Shown in pieces: positions 39,396 to 51,964 of a DNA stretch of 64,000 bases. Every line of letters begins with the position of its first letter. Position 1 is the stretch's first letter. The notes beneath the pieces are model-generated. The model ran no database searches. It was not told the DNA's origin and worked only from the letters and a program-made list of their open reading frames with translations. Both the position numbers and the translations under genes were made by a program. Source of the stretch: Narcine bancroftii (lineage: Eukaryota); the NCBI RefSeq assembly GCF_036971445.1, contig NC_091472.1, positions 203,546,001-203,610,000 on the forward strand. The letters are read 5' to 3'.

Positions 39396-41227
39396 GGCTA
39401 AGGGTAAGGCTAGAGCTGGATGAGGTTCCCACCCTGGATGAGACATATAAGGCAATCGAACAACTGAAAAGTGGCAAAGCAGCAGGTATGGATGGAATCC
39501 CCCCAGAAGTCTGGAAGGCTGGCGGCAAAACTCTGCATGCCAAACTGCATGAGTTTTTCAAGCTTTGTTGGGACCAAGGTAAACTGCCTCAGGATCTTCG
39601 TGATGCCACCATCATCACCCTGTACAAAAACAAAGGCGAGAAATCAGACTGCTCAAACTACAGGGGAATCACGTTGCTCTCCATTGCAGGCAAAATCTTC
39701 GCTAGGCTTCTACTAAATAGAATAATACCTAGTGTCGCTGAGAATATTCTCCCAGAATCACAGTGCGGCTTTCGCGCAAACAGAGGAACCACTGACATGG
39801 TCTTTGCCCTCAGACAGCTCCAAGAAAAGTGCAGAGAACAAAACAAAGGACTCTACATCACCTTTGTTGACCTCACCAAAGCCTTCGACACCATGAGCAG
39901 GAAAGGGCTTTGGCAAATACTAGAGCGCATCGGATGTCCCCCAAAGTTCCTCAACATGATTATCCAACTGCACGAAAACCAACAAGGTCGGGTCAGATAC
40001 AGCAATGAGCTCTCTGAACCCTTCTCCATTAACAATGGCGTGAAGCAAGGCTGTGTTCTCGCACCAACCCTCTTTTCAATCTTCTTCAGCATGATGCTGA
40101 ACCAAGCCATGAAAGACCCCAACAATGAAGACGCTGTTTACATCCGGTACCGCACTATTGGTAGTCTCTTCAATCTGAGGCGCCTGCAAGCTCACACCAA
40201 GACACAAGAGAAACTTGTCCGTGAACTACTCTTTGCAGACGATGCCGCTTTAGTTGCCCATTCAGAGCCAGCTCTTCAGCGCTTGACGTCCTGCTTTGCG
40301 GAAACTGCCAAAATGTTTGGCCTGGAAGTCAGCCTGAAGAAAACTGAGGTCCTCCATCAGCCAGCTCCCCACCATGACTACCAGCCCCCCCACATCTCCA
40401 TCGGGCACACAAAACTCAAAACGGTCAACCAGTTTACCTATCTCGGCTGCACCATTTCATCAGATGCAAGGATCGACAATGAGATAGACAACAGACTCGC
40501 CAAGGTAAATAGCGCCTTTGGAAGACTACACAAAAGAGTCTGGAAAAACAACCAACTGAAAAACCTCACAAAGATAAGCGTATACAGAGCCGTTGTCATA
40601 CCCACACTCCTGTTCGGCTCCGAATCATGGGTCCTCTACCGGCACCACCTACGGCTCCTAGAACGCTTCCACCAGCGTTGTCTCCGCTCCATCCTCAACA
40701 TCCATTGGAGCGCTTACATCCCTAACATCGAAGTACTCGAGATGGCAGAGGTCGACAGCATCGAGTCCACGCTGCTGAAGATCCAGCTGCGCTGGATGGG
40801 TCACATCTCCAGAATGGAGGACCATCGCCTTCCCAATATCGTGTTATATGGCGAGCTCTCCACTGGCCACCGTGACAGAGGTGCACCAAAGAAAAGGTAC
40901 AAGGACTGCCTAAAGAAATCTCTTGGTGCCTGCCACATTGACCACCGCCAGTGGGCTGATAACGCCTCAAACCGTGCATCTTGGCGCCTCACAGTTTGGC
41001 GGGCAGCAACCTCCTTTGAAGAAGACCGCAGAGCCCACCTCACTGACAAAAGGCAAAGGAGGAAAAACCCAACACCCAACCCCAACCAACCAATTTTCCC
41101 CTGCAACCGCTGCAATCGTGTCTGCCTGTCCCGCATCGGACTTGTCAGCCACAAACAAGCCTGCAGCTGACGTGGACTTTTTACCCCCTCCATAAATCTT
41201 CGTCCGCGAAGCCAAGCCAAAGAAGAG
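39396..41227 (+). mobile_element. Young RTE LINE, 5'-truncated, uninterrupted RT to C-terminus (ORF 39383-41170)
   Basis: GKAAGMDGIP, NYRGITLLS, QCGFR, FVDLTKAFD and LLFADD motifs. 3' end GCCAAGCCAAAGAAGAG. Inserted in the L1 3'UTR. Confidence 0.93.
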
Positions 41228-42364
41228 AAATTTTATATGTAATGAAAGATGTAAATGGATGGCACGCCTGTTATAACTTGATGTTATTGTGTTTTATTTA
41301 AAATAAGCTCTGAGGGGGGAGGGTTGTATTGGGTGGGATAGGTGGGAGGGGGAGGGAGGGAGAGAAGTAGGGGGTAGTTTTACTTTATTTTGTTTTTTTT
41401 GGCTTTGTAAAATTCTTAAATAAAATTTTCAAGAAAACTAGAGTCAGTGTCTTGGTGTCGGCATCCCTTCCCTTCAGAATACGTACCGCACATGCGCGCT
41501 GGTATTTATTTTTCAGGCTTTGCAAGCCAGCGTTCCAGACCACCCTGGGGGATGAAACTACCCCCTTACCGGCTTCGCAACTCGAGCCATCCTCTTCAGG
41601 AGAGCTCCCTGCTCACGGACTCCAGTAAGGCCTTTCTCTTTTGTTTTCTGGCGATTTTTTCACCTCTTCTTTGCTTGCTGTTGTAGTCTTTTCTTTATTT
41701 GGAGCCATTTTCAAGTTCTTATACTTTTTATCTTGCAACTTTTTTATGTTTTATGTTTTATACCTTGCTTTTCTACCTTTTTTTCCAACTTTCTCTGTGG
41801 AGGGCTGGTTTTCCCTAACCAGCCACTACTTCATCATGTGACCACCTCCCCAGCACAGGGAGGTAGTTGAGTTTATAGAAATTTTCCAGGTTACTATCAA
41901 TCTTGATTCCTAGGTAGCTTATAGCTCCCGCCTGCCAACTGAAGTTGCTGTTTCTTTAGTATTCTTTGTGGTCAAATTTATTCAGTTGCATGATATTATT
42001 TTTCTCTATGTTGGCTTTGTAGCCCAATATTGTACCATAGTCCTTCAGTGTGGTGAACAACTTTGGCAAAGACCTGACCAGGTCTGTCAGGTACAGCAAA
42101 GTGTCATCTTCCATTAGATTCATCTTGTGCTTGCACTGACCCATTTTCAATCCCTTTATCACTGGATCTTAACCGATGGCCTCTACCAATGGTTCAATTG
42201 CTAAGACAAATAGCCCTGGAGCCCTGAGGGGGAATGTTGGTGATATTTGTCCATTTGTGCTGACTTTTGCCATGGTTTGTCAAACAATGTTTTTATTCAG
42301 TTAACAAATATTTGGCCCATTTCCTTTGGAGTTGTGAAACTGTGCACATAAGGGATGATTTAAA

Positions 42365-42496
42365 CAGTGGTTTTCAACCTTTCTTTTTCCAACCACATAC
42401 CAGCTTAAGCAATCCTTTACTAATCACAGAGCACAGATAGTTTAGGGAATACTTAAAGTGGTATATGAGTGGAAAGAAAAAGGCTGAAAACCACTG
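42365..42496. mobile_element. Short hAT-Charlie-type MITE
   Basis: Terminal inverted repeats CAGTGGTTTTCAACC / GGCTGAAAACCACTG; same family as the 57-61 kb cluster. Confidence 0.65.
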
Positions 42497-42734
42497 TTTT
42501 AAACAAAAAAGGCCATTCTACCTGATCAAAGGCCTTTTCTGCATCTAGTGAAACTATTATACTTGGATCATGTTTTGCCTGTGCCAAATGTATAATGTTG
42601 AAAAGTCTGTTCAAGTTGATAGCAGAGTGCCTCTTCCTGATGAAGCCCATTTGATCTGGATCTATCAATTTGGGAAGGTACCAACCCAGCCTATTGGCCA
42701 GAGCCTTGACTATTATTTTGTTATCTGTATCTAA

Positions 42735-43505
42735 CATCAGATGCAAGGATCGACAACGAGATAGACAACAGACTCACCAAGGCAAATAGCGCCTTTGGAA
42801 GGCTACACAAAAGAGTTTGGAAAAACAACCAACTGAAAAACCTCACAAAGATAAGCGTATACAGAGCCATTGTCATACCCACACTCCTGTTTGGCTCAGA
42901 ATCATGGGTCCTCTACCGGCATCACCTACGGCTCCTAGAACGCTTCCACCAGCGTTGTCTCCGCTCCATCCTCAACATTCATTGGAGCGCTTTCATCCCT
43001 AACGTCGAAGTACTCGAGATGGCAGAGGTCAACAGCATCGAGTCCACGCTGCTGAAGATCCAGCTGCGCTGGGTGGGTCACGTCTCCAGAATGGAGGACC
43101 ATCGCCTTCCCAAGATCGAGTTATACGGCGAGCTCTCCACTGGCCACCGTGACAGAGGTGCACCAAAGAAAAGGTACAAGGACTGCCTAAAGAAATCTCT
43201 TGGTGCCTGCCACATTGACCACCGCCAGTGGGCTGATATCGCCTCAAACCGTGCATCTTGGCGCCTCATAGTTTGGCGGGCAGCAACCTCCTTTGAAGAA
43301 GACCGCAGAGCCCACCTCACTGACAAAAGGCAAAGGAGGAAAAACCCAACACCCAACCCCAACCAATCAATTTTCCCCTGCAACCGCTGCAACAGTGTCT
43401 GCCTGTCCCGCATCGGACTTGTCAGCCACCAACGAGCCTGCAGCTGACATGGACATTTACCCCCTCCATAAATCTTCGTCCGCGAAGCCAAGCCAAAGAA
43501 AAGAA
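42735..43505 (+). mobile_element. RTE LINE 3' fragment
   Basis: ORF 43019-43447 is near-identical to the other RTE C-termini; GAA-type 3' tail. Confidence 0.9.
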
Positions 43506-43654
43506 GGTCTGTATGAAGATGGCTTCAAAAAGTCCCTGTTTTTTCAATATCTCCACATTGATAGCTGTTGAAAAAGATTCCAGGAGAGTCTGCATCTCTA
43601 CCTCCTGTTCACTACACCCATTAACAATGGTGTCAATAGGTCTTTGAATTCCTT

Positions 43655-46600
43655 TTTTTTTAAACTTTATTTATTCATTCAAAAAACAAATAATATATGA
43701 CATATGCAACAATTAACCATAAACATGAACGTTTTTTTTATATAGAGAAAAAAAAGGAAAAGAAAAGAACCCCCCCCCCTTCAGCCAACTATCCTAAGGA
43801 GAGCCATAAAGAAAGAAAAAAGAAAGAATATTAAAGAAAAATTAAATATACATATTAAGATCTAATCAATATAAATTGAAATGTAAATATTCTGAGTATA
43901 CAACCACTTATTAATAAAAAAATTATAATTATCACGCGAAACATATGTAATTTTTTCCATTATTAAACAATATTTCATCTCATTATGCCATCTATTAATA
44001 TCAATCATATTTGTATCTTTCCATGTACTAGCAATATATTTTTTCACTACAGATGAAGCTAAATATTCAAAAGCAAACTGGAACTTATGTAATCCCAAAC
44101 CTTTCAGAGGTTGCAAACTACCCAATAAAAATATTGTTGGATCTAAAACTATTTTAATCTTATACAGGTATTCTAAAAAAGATTGAATTTTCTTCCAAAA
44201 AGATTCTATATGTATGCAAAACCAAACAGCATGAAAAAAAGTTCCAACTGTATCACTGCATCTAAAACACAAATCTGATTCATGAAAACCATACTTTTGT
44301 AATTTTTCAGATGATAAATATAATTGATATTAAAAAATTGTAATTAATCATTGCATAATGTGCATTTATCAATCTAGTTACACTATCATAACAGATATCT
44401 AACCAATCAACTTCGGAAAAAATAAAACCAGTATCCACTTCCCATTTACTTTTAAATCTATCCCAACCCTTTTTATCCATACCATCCTGTAATATTTGAT
44501 ACATAGATGAAATATAACCTTTCTCTGGTACCTTCATAAGAAATGTTTAAAATTTAGTCATTTCAGGTAAAATCATATCTCTACCAAACATACATTTTTA
44601 CCAAAGATTGAATTAGATAATAAAGAAACAAAGAGTTTTTATCATCTTATCACCTTCTCTCATCTGATTAAAAGATAAAAACTTACCCCCTTTAAAACAA
44701 TCTCCCAAATTTTTCACACCTTTAAATCTCCAATGCAATACACTTTGATTATGTATTGAAAAAGAAATAAGTTGATTATTATGCAACGGAGTCAAAGCCG
44801 ATAATTTACCCCTCGAGACTGTCATTTTAATTTTCTTTATCCATAACTTCATTAAATGTTTTAGTATAGGCACATTATATTGTAACAAATTTATATTCCA
44901 CCTAAACAAAAATTGATGTATTTTAAATTCAGAAATACTTGCCATCTCAATTTTAGCCCATCTAGGAGGTCGTACCAAATCCATCAATGAACTAATAAAT
45001 TTAAGTTGGGCTGCTTCATAATAATTCTGAAAATGTGGTAAATGTAGTCCCCCTAACTCATATTTCCAAGTTAATTTATTCAAAGCTACTCTCGAAAATT
45101 TACCCCTCCATAAAAACTCCCTAACCATTTTATTCAAATCTCAAAAAACAAATATTATCAAGTAAATACGGAATAGATTGAAACAAATATTGTATATGTG
45201 GAAAGATATTCATCTTAATTGTATTTATCCTACCCATTAAATTAATAGGTAAATCTTTCCATTTAATCAAATCAGTTTTAATTTTTTTCATTAATGGAGC
45301 ATAATTTAATTTATATAAAGATTGAAAATTAACATTCAAAATTATACCCAGATATTTAATTTGATCAGTCCATTTCAAATTAATAATATTCTTATAAACT
45401 GAATAATCTCCTTCACTTAATGGTAATATTTCCCTTTTTTCTCCAATTAACTTTATATCCAGAAAGACATCCATATTGTATTAAACATTCCTTCAAGTAC
45501 AAAAGTGACTGAGCTGGGTTTATTAAATACACCAATACATCATCAGCAAATAAATTAATTTTATACTCCTCATCTAAAACTTTCACACCTTGTATCTGTG
45601 TATTTTGTCTTATCAGCTGTGCTGAATGGTTCAATCACTAATGCAAACAAAGCTGGTGATAAAGGACAACCCTGACGAGTTGATCGAGTTAACTTTTAGG
45701 ATTCTGAAATCAAACCATTCGTCAATACTCTAGCTACCGGTTCAAAATATAGAGCCCTAATCCATCCAATAAAAAAGGACCAAACTTAAATTTCTCCAAA
45801 ACTTTAAACAAAAAATTCCATTCAACTCAATCAAATGCTTTTTCTGCATCTAGGGATATCACCATCGGGTGATCTGAAGATTGTCGAAATCTATTAATCA
45901 AACTAATCACACGCAAAATATTGTCTGAAGCATATCTATTCTTTATAAAACCTGTTTGATCAATATGAATCAACTTGGGTAAAAATTTAGCCAATCTATT
46001 CACTAATATTTTAGCTATTATTTTATAATCTACATTTAACAACGAACTTGGTCTATATGAAGATACTTTCAAAGGATCTCTATTTTTTTGGAATTACTGT
46101 AATTAAAGCACTAGAACAAGATGCAGGTATTTCATAATGTTCTCTAACTTGACGTAATACATCCCCAAACACTTTAGATAAATCATCATAAAAAAATTTA
46201 TAAAATTCAACTGAAAATCCATCATCACCAGGGGATTTACCATTCGGCATTTCCAGCATAGCCATTTTAATGTCTGAATCAGTTCTTCCAACTCTTGTAT
46301 ATCTGCAGCTTTGGTTGCCCATTCAGAGTTGTCCTGTTTTGCAGAAACTGCCAAAATGTTTGGCCTGGAAGTCAGCCTGAAGAAAACTGAGGTCCTCCAT
46401 CAGCCAGCTCCCCATCATGACTACTAGCTCCCCCACATCTCCATCGGGCACACAGAACTCAAAACGGTCAACCAGTTTACCTACCTCGGCTGCACCATTT
46501 CATCTGATGCAAGGATCGACAAAGAGATAGACAACAGACTCGCCAAGGCAAATAGCGCCTTTGGAAGACTACACAAAAGAGTCTGGAAAAACAACCACCT

Positions 46601-48237
46601 GAAGAAACACACAAAGATCAGTGTGTACAGAACCGTTGGCATACCCACGCTTCTGTTCGGCTCTGAATCATGGGTCCTCTACCGGCATCACCTACGGCTC
46701 CTAGAACGCTTCCATCAGCACTGTCTCCGCTCCATCCTCAATATTCATTGGAATGACTTCATCACCAACATCGAAGTACTCAAGCTGGCAGAGTCCACAA
46801 GCATCAAATCCATGCTGCTGAAGACCCAACTGTGCTGGGTGGGTCTTGTCTCCAGAATGGAGGACCATCGATCTCCCAAGATCGTGTTCTGTGGTGAGCT
46901 CTCCACTGGCCAGCGAGACAAAGGTGCACCAAAGAAGAGGTACAAGGACTGCTTAAAGAAAACTCTTGGTGCCTGCCACATTGACCACCGCCAGTGGGCT
47001 GATATCACCTCCAACTGTGCATCTTAGTGCCTCACAGTTCGGCGGGCAGCAACCTCCTTTGAAGAAGACTGCAGAGCCCACCTCACTGACAAAAGATAAA
47101 GGAGGAAAAACCCAATACCCAACCCCAACCAACCAATTTTCCCTTACAATCGCTGCAACCATGCCTGCCTGTTCCACATTGGTCTTGTCATTCACCAACA
47201 AGCCTGAAACAGACGTGGACATACCCCTCCATAAATCTTCATCCGTGAAGCCAAGCCAAAAAAGAAGAATATCGGTAAATTCAACTGTGATTAAAAAAAA
47301 AGATCAATCGATCCAGTTTCTTGTTTTCCTTCAGATGTATATAACTTTTTGTAAAATGAATAAAATTCATCATTAATCTCATGAGTTTTATAAGTAATAA
47401 GAGAATTCCGTCTCACAGCATTAATAGTCCTCGAAATCTGTACTTTCTTTAATTGCCATGCCAATACCTTATTTGCTTTCTCTCCCCATTCATAATACCG
47501 TTGTTTAGTCCTATGAATCACACATTCAAATTGATAAGATTGCAAAGTATTATATTCCAATTTCAACCTAGATAATTCTGTTTCCTGATCTTCTGGAAAT
47601 TCCTTTTCTAACTCATCAATCTGTTTCTCTAATTCAAGACTGATTTAATCGATTCTTTTTTATTTTAGAAGTATAACTAATTATTTGTCCTCTCAAATAG
47701 GCTTTCATAGCATCCCATAATACAAACTTACTTTGAACAGAATTAGAATAAATATTAAGTAAAGTCCAAAATTCACTAAAAATCTTACAATTCAATTTAA
47801 GAATACATCCTGCCTTTCCCTCCATTGATTGTAATTCAACAGATAAATTTTTATGTATCAAAATTGCTACACCTTTAGCCCTAGAATTAAATGAAGAATA
47901 ATATACATGCCCAACCCAGTCCCTCTTTAATTTCATGCTTTCCTTCACATTCAAATGTATTTCTTGTAAAAAAGCAACATCAATTTTCATTTTCTTAATA
48001 TATGCCAAGACTTGCTTACACTTAATCGGACTGTTTAATCCTCGAACATTAAAAGTAGCAAACCTCAACTTTGACATACTTACTATTATTACTAAATGCC
48101 AATAATATCTTTATATAAAAACTCAAATCAACATATATAGGCCCTCCAATAGAAAAAAAATCACAAATTAAAAACTAACTAAAATGAAAATAATAAAGAA
48201 AAAAAAAGAAAATCCCCCCCCCCCAAACAAAAAACTA
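43655..48237 (-). mobile_element. 5'-truncated L1 (spacer plus ORF2), contains an RTE
   Basis: 17-bp TSD AGGTCTTTGAATTCCTT at 43638-43654 and 48238-48254. ORF2 start MSKLRFATFNVRGLN at 48077. RT and CCHC motifs. Confidence 0.88.
46308..47269 (+). mobile_element. Older RTE LINE 3' fragment
   Basis: RTE C-terminal homology with more substitutions and stops than the other copies. Confidence 0.85.
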
Positions 48238-50739
48238 AGGTCTTTGAATTCCTTATAAAACTTAGGAGGGAAGCCATCCTCTCCCAGAGACTTTTTTTGT
48301 TTGTAATGTTCCCAAGGCTCATTCGATTTTCTCACTGGAAAATGGGGAATCTAATTCCATCCAGTCCTCCTGGGCCAATGTCAGCCCCACTAAGAACTCC
48401 TCAATTTTATTTACGTCTCTCATAGTTTTAGAGGTGTCATTTATTTTGAGCCCAGATCCGAGTGAACCACATTAATCATCCTTGAAGATTCCTCTGCTCT
48501 CAGTTGCCGTGCTAAAGTTTTGTGGGTTTTTTTTTGCCTATTTCATAATAATTTTGCTTGGATCACAAGGGCATTTTCTTCCACACTGTCTGTTTGCAGA
48601 GTGTTGCATTTAAGTTTCTTATTTTCCAATTCCCAATATTTCTCATTCAATCCCAGCTTTTGATATTCTTTAACAATTTTGTGATCTCCTGTTTCAATGT
48701 CTCCACCTCAATCAAGTTTTTTTAAATACATTTGGTATACAAAATCATTCCCCCCCCCCTTAGATAGGCCTTTAGTGTGTCCCAGATTTAAACATTATAT
48801 TAGTTGATGGACAATTTGTTTCACAAAACAGAGTAATTTGACCCCTTATAAAGTACAAAAGTCTGGGTTTTTCAACAGCATAGCATTAAGGTGCAGCCTA
48901 TAAGCATTTGACTGTTTTTCAGACTTTGTTATTTACAAGGTCAATGGTGAGTGGTCTGATACTAGCCTTGTTAAATATTCAGACTCAAGCACTCTGCCTT
49001 CCAGCGGCACAGATATTAGAAAATATTTATTCTGGTGTGAGAGTCATGGGGCTTCGAGTAAAAGGAGTAGTCCCTAGCCAGCAGTTTCCTTTGTCTCCAC
49101 AAGTCCATCAAATCTAATTCTTTCTTAATGGCCAGAGTGGTTTTCACTGCTTTGGACCTCATCAATGTCATTGTGTCTTATCTAGAATAGGGTCCAGACA
49201 AAAATTTAAATCACTTCTAATTAATATGTTCTGTTTACCCACTGCAGCCCTTAGGAAAGCATTTTGCATAAACTGCTCGTCATCAAAGTTTGGTGCATAC
49301 AGTGTCCATGGTTCCGAATATAATTGGCAGTGTACCATTACAAATCTCCGGCGGGGTCGTAGATCCACCACTCACCACCACCGGGACCCATTTGTGTACT
49401 AAAATGGCTACCCCCATAGCCTTACAGCTGAAAGAGAAAGAGAATACCTGCTCCACCCGTCCCTTTTATCATGTTCCCTTTTCCTGTAAGAACATTATAT
49501 CTGCTGTCAATTTTTTTAGGAGATCCAGGACCCTCTTTCTTTATATGGGGCTGCTTAAACCATTCACACTGATACTAATAAATTTGATAGTCGTATTCAT
49601 TTGTGTTTCTATATCTTACCTTTTCACCTTCACAGCACCCCTGTTTGTCTTGAATAGCCCGCACCTCACACCCTTCCCTCGTTCATGGTCTCTCCATACC
49701 GGAGCCCAAAGGAGAATAAAAATAAACATGGAAAGATCAAAATCCTTCCTCTCCCCATATACAAACCCAGGTAAAATAAAATATAACCCCCCCCCCCAAT
49801 ATATCAAAGTTAACAAGCTAACCATTCAAAATATTCCCGTCCCCTGTTTTGGCGCCTTTCCTTTCTGCCCCTGCGCCATCTCCCCTCCTATTTCGAGCCT
49901 CCTCGTGTTCTATCTTCTCCCTCGCCCGGTCTTCACTGCAGCCTTGCGTAGCCCCTTCCGCCTCGAGCTCCCCCGTTTATACATATTTAAAAAAACAAGG
50001 AAAAGTGTATAGCTCTTCATTCCCTCCGATAATTATCAGAACCCCAGCAACTATGTCCAACAATATCCTCAATTATCTTCATTGGTTTTTTTTGTGAATT
50101 ATAAGACTGTAATGACGCCCCCCCCCCCCACTTGTTCCATAGCTTCTCAGGCTTTCTGTCCATGGTTCCTTCAGGGGTTCGATTCAGCCTGTATTTTTGC
50201 AGACTGACACATTTCCTGGTCATTCCCTGGCATATAACAGCGTCCCGTGGCTCCGTAAAATGTTTCCTCTCCCCTCCCGGTGGCATGATTTTTAGGGTAG
50301 CCGGGTGTACCCTGTTATCTCTCAATGTTTTCTTGACCTGGTCAAATCCTTGTCATTGTTTTAGCAGGGAAGAACATCATTCTTCCCCCGCAGAATTCCA
50401 CCAGTCCCCGTATCTCCCTCGATCAGGTCCCGGCAACTAACAAACCAGATCAGAACTGGCCTTTGGCCTTGATTTGGAACGGGTCAGGGAGCCGAATGTC
50501 CGATGGGCCCTTTCTGTGGCTGGGGTGGGGTGGGGACTCTAAATTGATCCGTTCCCAAGACTTTTGGATCCAGTGTTCAAAGAACTCCACCGAGTCCTTC
50601 CCTCCCCCCCCCCATCCCCCCCGCCTTTCAATGAAAGCTGAAACCGAATGAACTGTGTTAAACAACGTAAAGGCAATTAATTGTGCGTTTTTAATATATC
50701 AGATATGTTTACAAGCAAAGAAAAAAGAAAATCAAAGAA

Positions 50740-50745
50740 TTTATT
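50740..50745 (-). terminator. Polyadenylation signal AATAAA of the IgL gene
   Basis: TTTATT on the plus strand, about 80 nt downstream of the C-exon stop codon. Confidence 0.8.
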
Positions 50746-50826
50746 TTGATTCTTCCGATAGTTATTCATGGCAGTGCAGATGAGTTTACAATATTGTGAA
50801 TCGCTGTCCCGGGTCAGACTCGGCTT

Positions 50827-51155
50827 CTACACGCACCCTGATCGCTGGATGCTCCGTGTCAGCTGAAATCCGAGGGACTCGTGTGTCACCCCGCAAGTGT
50901 ACTTTTCGTGTGAGTTCCACTCGGAGGTGGACAGGGTCAGATAACTGCTCAGGCTATAGGTCTGATCGGTGTCCCGGACGGCGCGGGTGGTCTGCACACC
51001 AGACTTCACCGCCTCATCGTCCATACTCCATGAAACCTCCACCGATGCAGGAAAAAAATTGTTGATCAGACACACCAAAGTCGCCACCTGTCCTTCAGCG
51101 ACCTGTTTGTCCGCCGGCGGGAGAAGGGAGACCGAAGGGCTGGACATCGTTCGAC
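50827..51155 (-). CDS. IGLC: Immunoglobulin light-chain constant exon (C1-set), lambda-like
   Basis: Acceptor TTTTTTTCAATTACAG, phase 1. (S)RTMSSPSVSLLPP..ATLVCLINNFFP..VSW..YSLSSYLTL..WNSHEKYTCGVTHES..SGCV*: canonical Cys/Trp/Cys plus the penultimate Cys for heavy-chain bonding. Confidence 0.95.
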
Positions 51156-51223
51156 CTGTAATTGAAAAAAAAGGATCGTCTGTATGAACGAACGGTACTG
51201 AGTTGTACACTAAACATTTAATA

Positions 51224-51258
51224 TTAAAGTGAGACCGAAGGGCTGGTTATTTCTCGGG
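51224..51258 (-). other. Diverged duplicate of the C-exon 5' end; candidate alternative terminal mini-exon
   Basis: CTTTCTCTTTTACAG|CCCGAGAAATAACCAGCCCTTCGGTCTCACTTTAA versus the true exon TTACAG|GTCGAACGATGTCCAGCCCTTCGGTCTCCCTT. In phase with VJ it reads TREITSPSVSL*. ATTAAA at 51217-51222. Confidence 0.6.
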
Positions 51259-51789
51259 CTGTAAAAGAGAAAGGTTTAAAAATAAGCGAGGAAGAAAATG
51301 TGTACAACGGGGGGATAAAAAAGGAATCGTGTCAGCGGAGATCTCTGGAATTTGACACGATCTCAATGATTTTTTTTCTCTCTCGAACATTTTTGATTGC
51401 GTTAAAATTGCGACACGCGTGCAAGATCATTAAATAGCAGGATGACATTAAAGTTCCGAACGTTGCTGGCTTTTAGTCACGATTTTTTTTAAAAACCCAC
51501 AAAAGTCGCCAACAACAAGCGACGAAGGGAAGGGGAGCGTGAAACTCATTAAAAGGCAGCACCTCATCTTGGGCTGGACGTGATAACTGAGGCACCGTGA
51601 ACCATTCCAGTTATGTGGCAAAGAAAAATAACCTCATTTCACCCTCAATCAGATCGCATTCTGTTGCATTTGCTCGCATTATTGTGAAAGCGTGGATTGC
51701 CGCTGCTCCTGGAACTCCCGGCCCTCTCTCCTCCATTACACACCTCTCTGCAAGACTCCTGTACCGCATCTGGTGCTCGCAGCGCGACG

Positions 51790-51886
51790 GAGAGAGAGAG
51801 ATAGAGACGGAGAGAGAGAAAAGGATAGAGTCGGGGGGGGGGGGGTGGCGTGGGGAAGAGAGAGAGAGAGAGAGAGAGACAGAGAG
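51790..51886 (+). repeat. (GA)n microsatellite with a G-run in the J-C intron
   Basis: GAGAGAGAGAGATAGAGACG...GGGGGGGGGGGGG...GAGAGAGAGAGAGAGAGAG. Confidence 0.9.
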
Positions 51887-51964
51887 TAATTCCGTTGAGC
51901 ATCTTCGCTCCGTCCGCCCAGTGACCAGCCACTAATTCCACAGACCTTTAACACACTGCCAGTA

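Larger units (their letters stand above)
23861..41439 (+). mobile_element. Plus-strand L1 carrying multiple nested insertions
   Basis: Imperfect 16-bp TSD AGAGTCAGGATCTTGG (23845-23860) / AGAGTCAGTGTCTTGG (41440-41455). 5' GGGCGTGGCAAGATGGC. ORF1 pieces 23990-24547 and 34492-35070. ORF2 C-terminal part 37944-39385. 3'UTR and A-tail to about 41437. Confidence 0.7.
19034..41849 (-). mobile_element. Full-length older L1, split in ORF1 by a plus-strand L1
   Basis: 19-bp TSD CCAGCA(T/C)AGGGAGGTAGTT at 19015-19033 and 41850-41868. Poly(T) near 19036-19060. ORF2 start 22507 (MGKMSAVNHMTININGIHNQ). ORF1 at 22940-23860 plus 41440-41708. Confidence 0.8.
18290..50660 (-). mobile_element. Oldest L1 of the nest, in fragments (about 18290-19033, 41850-42734, 43506-43654, 48238-50660)
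   Basis: ORF2 pieces are colinear across later TSD-flanked insertions: C-terminus near 18600, RT 41950-42740, KPSSYRP near 43520, GEDGFP near 48280, EN 48900-49600, ORF1 remnants 50200-50600. Confidence 0.7.

Noticed and set aside
49290-50012. 240-aa plus-strand ORF
   Set aside because: Antisense to the decayed L1 endonuclease and spacer; no recognisable domain.
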